The notes below the pieces were generated by a model that saw only the letters and a program-made list of their open reading frames with translations, ran no database searches and was not told where the DNA came from. A program made the translations under genes and the position numbers. A DNA stretch of 32,000 nucleotides from the NCBI GenBank assembly GCA_947453725.1, contig CANGHH010000017.1:1-32000 (forward strand), given 5' to 3'. Below are positions 26,309 to 32,000 of the stretch, one piece after another. The stretch comes from Betaproteobacteria bacterium (GTDB lineage Bacteria; Pseudomonadota; Gammaproteobacteria; Burkholderiales; Burkholderiaceae_C). Positions within the stretch are counted from its first letter, which is position 1; each line of letters begins with the position of its first letter.

Positions 26309-27832
26309 TCAGCCCTGCCGCGGCCGGCCCCGTTCCAGCAGCGCGAACAGGCCCTGAACGGCCAGGGCCAGCGCCGCCGCCGGCAAGGCGCCGGCCAGCA
26401 TCGTGGCGCTGTCATTGACGGCCAGCCCGGCGACGATGCGCTCGCCCAGGCCACCGGCGCCAATGAAGGCGGCCATCGTCGCGGTGCCGACGTTGATGAC
26501 GGCGGCGGTCTTCACGCCGGCCCACAGCATCGGGCGGGCCAGCGGCAGCTGCACCGCCCACAGCGTTTGCCACGGCGTCAGGCCGAGCGCGGTGGCGGCC
26601 TGCACCAGGCCCGGCGGCACCCCCTGCAGACCGGCGTGGGTATTGCGCACGATGGGCAGCAGCGCGTACAGGCAGAGCGCCAACAAGGCCGGCAGGGTGC
26701 CGATAGCGCCGACCAGCGCGATCAGGAAGGCCAGCAGCGCCAGCGCCGGAATGGTCTGCAGCACCCCCACTGCGCCGAGCAGCCAGCCGGCCAGCCGCGG
26801 CCGCTGCGAGGCCCAGATGCCCAGCGGCAGGCCCACCACCAGGGCCAGCAGCAGCGAGCCGAAGACCAGGCCCAGGTGCTGGACGCACAGGCGCGCCAGA
26901 TCGGGCGCGAACAGCCGCGCGGCGAAGGACGGCCGCCCGGTCGCCACGCCAGCAACGCCGGCCGCTGGGGCCGCGCCGGGGCCGCCGGCCATGAAGCGGC
27001 GCGCCACCTCGGCGTAAGGCAGGCCGTCGAGCTCGACCTGGGCGTTCATCGCGATCATCGCGCTGCCGCTGATGCGGCCTTCGAGCGCCCGCAGCGGCCG
27101 ATCATCGACGACCGCGCGCATCAGCAGCACGGCGTCGTAGCGCGGGAAGAAGGCCTGGTCGTCGACCAGCACGCGCAGCTGGTAGCGGCCGACCTTGGCG
27201 TCGGTGGCGTAGATGTCGATCAGGTCGACCTGCCCGGCCTGTATCGCTTCGTAGGCCAGGCCGTGGTCGAGCGACGGGCCCGGCTGCTGCGGCAGGCTGT
27301 AGGCCTTCTGCAGCGCCGGCCAGCCGTCGGCGCGGGCCTGGAATTCGTGCGACAGCCCGAGGATCAACGCGCCGGCGGGCAGACGCCGCAGGTCGCTGAT
27401 GGTGCGCAGACCCAGCTGGGCGGCATCTGCTTCGCGCAGCGCCAGCGCGTAGCTGTTGTTGAAGCCCAGCGGCACCGCGGCCTTGAGCCCGCGCGGCGCC
27501 AGCCAGCCGTTCAGCTCGGGCAGACTGGGGTTGCCCTCGCGGTGCAGCAGTTCGCGCACGATGGTGCCGGTGTATTCGGGGTAGACGTCGACCGCGCCGC
27601 TGGCCAGTGCCGCTTCCAGGATGCCGGTGTTGCCCAGACCGGCCTGGTGCTCGGCGGGAACGCCGGCGTCGACCAGCCTGCGGCGCACGATCTCGCCCAG
27701 GACGTAGCTTTCGGTGAAGCGCTTGGAGCCGACCACCAGCGGCCGGGCGGCTGCAGCGGATGGCGGCGCGGCCCACGATGGGCACAAGGCGAACAGCAGG
27801 ACGGCGAACAGACCCAGGCGAAGAAAGATCAT
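26309..27832 (-). CDS. Fused osmoprotectant (glycine-betaine/choline type) substrate-binding protein and ABC permease
   Basis: An N-terminal signal plus an OpuAC-like binding domain (VVGSKRFTESYVLGEI, VDVYPEYTGT), then a C-terminal multi-TM permease domain (about aa 300-507). Confidence 0.88.
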   Translation of the reverse strand: MIFLRLGLFAVLLFALCPSWAAPPSAAAARPLVVGSKRFTESYVLGEIVRRRLVDAGVPAEHQAGLGNTGILEAALASGAVDVYPEYTGTIVRELLHREGNPSLPELNGWLAPRGLKAAVPLGFNNSYALALREADAAQLGLRTISDLRRLPAGALILGLSHEFQARADGWPALQKAYSLPQQPGPSLDHGLAYEAIQAGQVDLIDIYATDAKVGRYQLRVLVDDQAFFPRYDAVLLMRAVVDDRPLRALEGRISGSAMIAMNAQVELDGLPYAEVARRFMAGGPGAAPAAGVAGVATGRPSFAARLFAPDLARLCVQHLGLVFGSLLLALVVGLPLGIWASQRPRLAGWLLGAVGVLQTIPALALLAFLIALVGAIGTLPALLALCLYALLPIVRNTHAGLQGVPPGLVQAATALGLTPWQTLWAVQLPLARPMLWAGVKTAAVINVGTATMAAFIGAGGLGERIVAGLAVNDSATMLAGALPAAALALAVQGLFALLERGRPRQG

Positions 27833-27880
27833 CCCCGCATTCTGTGGCAGCCCGTGCCGGGGCCACGGGGGCCAGCGGAT

Positions 27881-28654
27881 TCAGGCGGCCGGCGCAGGCA
27901 GCACCCGGTTCAGAAAGGCCACGACCTCGGCCGGGTAGCGGCGGTGGAAGGCCTCGCGGTCGAAACCTTCGGGGTCGTTGGCCGGCGGGAATTCAGGGCG
28001 GCGCAGCGCCGGCGGGAAGGGCGTGATGAAGGAGAAATGCCCGGCCCCGGCCTCACTGCGGCGGGTCACCTGGTGGGGGTCGGCCACGCCGTCGGCGACC
28101 AGCTGCCCGTGCCAGGCCGGCGTGACCTCGTCGTGTTCGCCTTCCAGCACCAGCACCGGCACGGACACCGCGCGCAGCGCATCGGGCGCCCCGAACCAGA
28201 AGACGGCCGGCGCCAGCAGCACCAGGGCCTGCACGCGCGGGTCGGGCTGCAGCGTCAGCGGCTGGCGCTCGCGGGTGTGGCCACGGCCACCGGCCAGCGC
28301 CAGCGCCGTGTAGCCGCCCAGCGAATGGCCGATCACCGCGATGCGCCGCGGCGCGATCGGCAGTCGCGCGAGCACCGCGTCGATCAGCAGGCTGACGTGG
28401 CGAGGCCGGTCTTCCAGGTTCTGCTGGCTGCCCTTGAGGCGGTCGTCCTTGCGGTGGTTGCCCGGGTGGTCGAAGGCCGCGACGACCCAGCCGGCCTCGA
28501 CCAGCGCCGCGCACAGCGCGCGGTAGATCCGGTACGAGCCGCCATTGCCGTGCGACAGCAGCGCCAGCGGCGTCGGCGCCGTCAGCGCCTCGGCGCCCAT
28601 CAATTCGGCCTGGAAGCGGATGCCGCCGGCCGGGTCGACGATCTCGACGAACAC
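27881..28654 (-). CDS. Alpha/beta hydrolase (dienelactone-hydrolase-like)
   Basis: Nucleophile elbow GHSLGG, and an oxyanion-region-like motif LLSHGNGG. The start is GTG 28654; the alternative ATG at 28600 would remove N-terminal beta-strands. Confidence 0.82.
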   Translation of the reverse strand: MFVEIVDPAGGIRFQAELMGAEALTAPTPLALLSHGNGGSYRIYRALCAALVEAGWVVAAFDHPGNHRKDDRLKGSQQNLEDRPRHVSLLIDAVLARLPIAPRRIAVIGHSLGGYTALALAGGRGHTRERQPLTLQPDPRVQALVLLAPAVFWFGAPDALRAVSVPVLVLEGEHDEVTPAWHGQLVADGVADPHQVTRRSEAGAGHFSFITPFPPALRRPEFPPANDPEGFDREAFHRRYPAEVVAFLNRVLPAPAA

Positions 28655-28713
28655 GCGGCGCCTACTTCAGAAAGCGGCGGTCGCCGCTGGCAATCTGCTT
28701 CATGGGCTTGCTC

Positions 28714-28737
28714 TTGGGGTTGGGGTTGGGGTTGGGG
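28714..28737 (+). repeat. (TTGGGG)x4 hexanucleotide repeat; G-quadruplex-capable on the + strand
   Basis: Four G4 tracts are separated by TT at 28716-28737. Degenerate units (TTCAGG TTGGGA TTCAGG) follow. The repeat lies in the 234-bp divergent spacer between the hydrolase gene and the 367-aa gene. Confidence 0.85.
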
Positions 28738-28888
28738 TTCAGGTTGGGATTCAGGCGGCGGTCCCGCCCGCGGGCTGGCCGCTTCGATCTCAGGCGCAGG
28801 CTTCTGCATTATCTTGACGCCCTGCGCACGGCGCAGCGCGCCGAAGTCGCCGGCTGGCCGAGCCGCGCCGGCGGCCACAATCGGCCGC

Positions 28889-29992
28889 ATGCAAGACCGC
28901 CTGCAAGACATCTGGCCCGGCGCCGGCCACGCCCACCTGGCGCCCGACGGGCAAGGCTGGCTGCGGCCGACGCCGGCCTACATCGCCCATTGGCTGGCGC
29001 GGCCCGAGCTGGCGCTGGTCGCCGAGTCGTGCAAGGCCGAACGCGCGCTGCACCGCGCGCTGCAGGCCGACCCGCTGCGCCCGGTCACGCCGGCCGAGCT
29101 GCAGGCCCTGCGCGACCCCGACGCGCGCGACAGCTACGGCCATGTGCTGGCGCTGCGCGACGGCCTGCTGCGGGCCGGCAGCCTGGAAGGCTGGCTGCTG
29201 GCGCTGTTCCGCAGCGGGCGCATCACGCTGCCGCCGCTGTTCATCGACGCCGTGGTGCAGGCCATCGTCCAGCAGCTGCTGGCGGGTGAGCGCAACAGCC
29301 CCGCCGACGCGCTGGCCTGGCGCGCCGCCGAGCTGTTCTTCCGCCCGCAGCGCATCACCGTCGAGCAAGGCCGCCTGCTCGCCGCCGACAGCGCCACGCT
29401 GGCGCAGGCCCAGGCCACACAAGGACTGGGTGAGCTGGGCCGGCTGCTGGCGCAGGCGCAAGCCCCGGTCAAGCCGCTGCAGCTGCGCGTGCTGGACGGC
29501 GGCGACGGCACCGCGCCGCGCTACTGGGCCGAGGCCGTGCAGGCCGACTTCCGCAGCAGCCAGCTGCTCGACCTGACGCACACCGTGCAGCGCGAGATCG
29601 GCCAGGGCATCGCCTTCACGATGACCGCCGCGCGGTCGGGGCTGAAGCCGCTGGCCGCGCTGCTGGCGCGCTGGGTGCAGCACCTGCTGGGCGTGGCGGT
29701 GCGGGTCGAGCCGCTGCAGCAGATCGACGACCCGCGGTGGCGCTGGCACCTGGGTCTGGACGCCGAGGCCAGCGCGCTGCTCGACGATCTGTACGAAGGC
29801 CGCGCCGTCGAAGCCGATCGGCTGTCGCGGCTGATCAGCCTGTTCCGCCTGGATTTCGTGAACCCGGCCGAGATGCGCACCGACGTCGCCGGCCTGCCGG
29901 TCTACCTCGGCCTGATGTCGAACCCGGCGCAGCTGCTGCGCATGAAGCCACAGAATCTGCTGCTGAACCTGCCGCTGGCGCGGTCGGTCTGA
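28889..29992 (+). CDS. Conserved-looking hypothetical protein (367 aa), Leu/Ala-rich
   Basis: This is the terminal part of the 1277-aa track ORF. The start is placed at ATG 28889 (MQDRLQDIWPGAGHAHL), where GC3-rich, non-Arg/Gly-biased coding begins. No domain was recognised. Confidence 0.7.
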   Translation: MQDRLQDIWPGAGHAHLAPDGQGWLRPTPAYIAHWLARPELALVAESCKAERALHRALQADPLRPVTPAELQALRDPDARDSYGHVLALRDGLLRAGSLEGWLLALFRSGRITLPPLFIDAVVQAIVQQLLAGERNSPADALAWRAAELFFRPQRITVEQGRLLAADSATLAQAQATQGLGELGRLLAQAQAPVKPLQLRVLDGGDGTAPRYWAEAVQADFRSSQLLDLTHTVQREIGQGIAFTMTAARSGLKPLAALLARWVQHLLGVAVRVEPLQQIDDPRWRWHLGLDAEASALLDDLYEGRAVEADRLSRLISLFRLDFVNPAEMRTDVAGLPVYLGLMSNPAQLLRMKPQNLLLNLPLARSV

Positions 29993-30010
29993 ACCTGCCT
30001 TGCCGCTGAG

Positions 30011-30034
30011 GTATGTATACTTGAAGCATACTAT
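30011..30034. promoter_or_regulatory. AT-rich palindromic patch upstream of vapB; candidate promoter/operator
   Basis: GTATG (30011-30015) and CATAC (30027-30031) form an inverted repeat. GTATAC is a palindrome at 30015-20. TACTAT (30029-34) is a -10-like hexamer. The patch stands out in ~70% GC surroundings, 15 nt before the vapB ATG. Confidence 0.4.
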
Positions 30035-30048
30035 TTCGAGCCGACACC

Positions 30049-30315
30049 ATGGACGCAACCGTCGCTGAGCGCGGGCAGATCACCCTGCCCAAGGCCGTTC
30101 GCGATGCCCTGGGGCTGACCAAGGGCAGCAAGCTCACCGTCGAACTGATCGACGGGCGCATCATCCTGCGCAAGGACGTCGGCGACGCGCTGAGCAAGTT
30201 GCGCGGCCGCTTCAAGCTGGCAGAAGGCTTCCAGAGCACCGACGAGGCGATGCGCGCCATCCGCGGCCGCGCACCGGGCGACCCCTACCTGCCACCGGAA
30301 GACGCTGGCGCGTGA
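30049..30315 (+). CDS. vapB: AbrB/MazE/SpoVT-type antitoxin (VapB)
   Basis: N-terminal swapped-hairpin motif RGQITLPKAVRDALGL. The stop TGA overlaps the GTG start of the PIN gene (GTGA at 30312-30315). Confidence 0.85.
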   Translation: MDATVAERGQITLPKAVRDALGLTKGSKLTVELIDGRIILRKDVGDALSKLRGRFKLAEGFQSTDEAMRAIRGRAPGDPYLPPEDAGA

Positions 30316-30716
30316 TTGCCGTCGACTCGTCCGTGCTGCTCGACGTGCTGACCGCCGACGCGCTTTGCGGCGACGTCTCCTCGGCGGCCCTGTCCGACGC
30401 GCTGGCCAGCGATGATGTGGTGGTCTGCGAAGCCGTGGTCGCCGAAGTCCAGCTGATGCTGGAGACCTCGGGGAACGTCATGGAGACCCTGAACGCCATG
30501 GGCATCCGCTTCCTGGCCATCAACGAACAGGCTGCCGTGCGCGCCGGCGTGATGAACCGCCGCTTCCGCGACCGCGGCGGCCGGGGTGAGCGCGTGGTCG
30601 CCGATTTCCTGATCGGCGGGCACGCCCTGCTGCAATGCAACGGCCTGATCACCCGCGACGCCGGCTTCTTCCGCGACTACTTCAAGGGCCTGAAGCTCAT
30701 CGTGCCGAAAGCCTGA
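30312..30716 (+). CDS. vapC: PIN-domain ribonuclease toxin (VapC)
   Basis: The N-terminal IAVDSSVLLD provides the first acidic residue. Other conserved acidic positions are E in VVCEAVVAE, D in VVADFLIGGHA, and D in the C-terminal ITRDAGFF. Confidence 0.88.
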   Translation: MIAVDSSVLLDVLTADALCGDVSSAALSDALASDDVVVCEAVVAEVQLMLETSGNVMETLNAMGIRFLAINEQAAVRAGVMNRRFRDRGGRGERVVADFLIGGHALLQCNGLITRDAGFFRDYFKGLKLIVPKA

Positions 30717-30753
30717 AGGCCGCTCTTTCCCACCGCTCACCTGGAGACTCCCC

Positions 30754-32000
30754 ATGCTGCAAGCCTACCGTCAACATGTCGCCGAACGCGCTGCGCTCGG
30801 CATTCCGCCGCTGCCGCTGGACGCCAAGCAGGTCGACGCGCTGATCGACCTGATCAAGGCCCCCGGTTCCGAGGACACCGCCTTCCTGCTGGACCTGTTG
30901 ACCCACCGCGTGCCGCCCGGCGTCGACGACGCGGCCAAGGTCAAGGCCAGCTTCCTGGCTGCCGTCGCGCACGGTGAAGTCGCCGTTGCGCTGATCAGCA
31001 AGGCCAAGGCCACCGAACTGCTGGGCACGATGGTCGGCGGCTACAACGTCCACCCGCTGATCGAACTGCTGGACGACGCCGACGTGGCGGCCGTCGCCGC
31101 CGCCGCGCTGAAGAAGACGCTGCTGATGTTCGACTTCTTCAACGACGTCGCCGAAAAGGCCAAGGCGGGCAATGCGCACGCCAAGGACGTGATGCAGAGC
31201 TGGGCCGACGCCGAGTGGTTCACCAGCCGCCCCGAGGTGCCGAAGTCCATCACCGTCACCGTCTTCAAGGTGCCCGGCGAAACCAACACCGACGACCTGA
31301 GCCCGGCGCCCGACGCCTGGAGCCGCCCCGACATCCCGCTGCACTACCTGGCGATGCTGAAGAACACCCGCGTCGGTGCGGCCTTCAAGCCCGAGGAAGA
31401 CGGCAAGCGCGGCCCGATGCAGTTCATCGAGGACCTGAAGAAGAAGGGCCACTTGATCGCCTACGTCGGCGACGTGGTCGGCACCGGCTCCAGCCGCAAG
31501 AGCGCCACCAACAGCGCCGTGTGGGCCACCGGTGAGGACATCCCCTTCGTGCCGAACAAGCGCTTCGGCGGCGTGACCTTGGGCGGCAAGATCGCGCCGA
31601 TCTACTTCAACACCCAGGAAGACGCCGGCTCGCTGCCGATCGAGGTCGATGTCACCCGACTCGAGATGGGCGACGTCATCGACATCCAGCCCTACGCCGG
31701 CAAGATCCTGAAGGACGGCGCCGAAATCGCCAGCTTCCAGATCCGCAGCGAGGTGATCTTCGACGAAGTGCGCGCCGGCGGCCGCATCAACCTGATCATC
31801 GGCCGCAGCCTGACGGCCCGCGCCCGCACCTTCCTGGGCCAGTCGGCGAGCACGGTGTTCCGCCTGCCGCAGGCGCCCGCCGCGACCCAGGCCGGCTACA
31901 CGCTGGCGCAGAAGATGGTCGGCCGCGCCGTCGGCCTGCCCGAGGGCCAGGGCGTGCGCCCGGGCACCTACTGCGAACCGAAGATGACCAGCGTGGGCAG
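30754..32000 (+). CDS. acnB: Aconitate hydratase B (bifunctional aconitase 2 / 2-methylisocitrate dehydratase); 5' part, continues beyond the window
   Basis: Absent from the ORF track because there is no stop codon in the window. ATG 30754 lies 6 nt after GGAGA (30743-30747). The translation MLQAYRQHVAERAALGIPPLPLDAKQ...VPGETNTDDLSPAPDAWSRPDIPLH...GTGSSRKSATNS...YCEPKMTSVG is collinear with the E. coli AcnB N-terminal domains (from memory). Confidence 0.95.
   Translation, partial: MLQAYRQHVAERAALGIPPLPLDAKQVDALIDLIKAPGSEDTAFLLDLLTHRVPPGVDDAAKVKASFLAAVAHGEVAVALISKAKATELLGTMVGGYNVHPLIELLDDADVAAVAAAALKKTLLMFDFFNDVAEKAKAGNAHAKDVMQSWADAEWFTSRPEVPKSITVTVFKVPGETNTDDLSPAPDAWSRPDIPLHYLAMLKNTRVGAAFKPEEDGKRGPMQFIEDLKKKGHLIAYVGDVVGTGSSRKSATNSAVWATGEDIPFVPNKRFGGVTLGGKIAPIYFNTQEDAGSLPIEVDVTRLEMGDVIDIQPYAGKILKDGAEIASFQIRSEVIFDEVRAGGRINLIIGRSLTARARTFLGQSASTVFRLPQAPAATQAGYTLAQKMVGRAVGLPEGQGVRPGTYCEPKMTSVG

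Noticed and set aside
23392-26463. Multiple 130-574-aa ORFs in other frames or on the other strand of the MORN gene, and the upstream extension 26263-26463
   Set aside because: The repetitive GC-rich sequence keeps all frames open. Only one frame gives MORN repeats with a signal peptide at Met 26262. The extension would overlap the upstream transporter gene.
26159-28888. First ~910 aa of the 1277-aa + ORF
   Set aside because: It is antisense to the transporter and hydrolase genes and is extremely Arg/Gly/Gln/Ala-rich. Only the last 367 aa look like a protein.
28600-28911. PQ-repeat ORF (103 aa) across the (TTGGGG)4 repeat, with a TGATG junction to an internal Met of the hydrolase; also a 13-codon ORF (MKQIASGDRRFLK) ending 8 nt before the hydrolase GTG
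   Set aside because: No Shine-Dalgarno is present. The ORF would overlap the N-terminal beta-strands that fit the alpha/beta-hydrolase fold, and the repeat keeps frames open by chance. It stays in mind only as an alternative to the intergenic G4 interpretation.
28790-30058. 422-aa minus ORF
   Set aside because: It is antisense to the 367-aa gene and has a low-complexity Arg/Gln/Ala composition.

Overview
This 32-kb window comes from a very GC-rich proteobacterial chromosome. It looks Burkholderiales-like, but that is inferred only from gene content and codon style. No CRISPR array, rRNA gene or IS transposase was seen.

Positions 1 to about 8560 are the right-hand part of an integrated genomic island. 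Its G+C is visibly lower (judged by eye, not computed), and its left end lies outside the window. The island contains:
- small translationally coupled ORFs;
- a convergent Type II restriction-modification pair that overlaps by 24 bp: a PD-(D/E)XK nuclease and a C5-cytosine methyltransferase, the latter apparently co-transcribed with two small ORFs;
- a minimal three-motif HUH Rep-like gene, followed by a 425-bp structured non-coding region with GA(A)CAGG iteron-like repeats, a 17-bp-stem hairpin and a second hairpin;
- a 190-aa tyrosine recombinase of FimB/FimE size;
- a two-gene operon of unrecognisable proteins (387 and 218 aa);
- a full-length tyrosine integrase abutting a tRNA-Arg(CCU)-derived sequence whose 5' acceptor strand and D stem do not fold.

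From 8774 onward the window is ordinary core chromosome: ctpA, moeB, a LOG-family gene, arginase, a peptidase-C26 amidotransferase, a PAS histidine kinase, a DUF429-like gene, an ABC-2 exporter pair, an asparaginase-II-family gene, argG, a small outer-membrane beta-barrel, an Ala-rich hypothetical, a 1029-aa secreted MORN-repeat protein, a fused betaine-type binding-protein/permease, an alpha/beta hydrolase, a 367-aa hypothetical, vapBC, and the 5' part of acnB.

The best candidates for an undescribed system are all in the island: the HUH gene plus structured DNA plus mini-recombinase module, the 387/218-aa operon next to the integrase, and the extended R-M operon. None can be proven from sequence alone. 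Many long ORFs in the supplied track are GC-driven shadow ORFs and were rejected.
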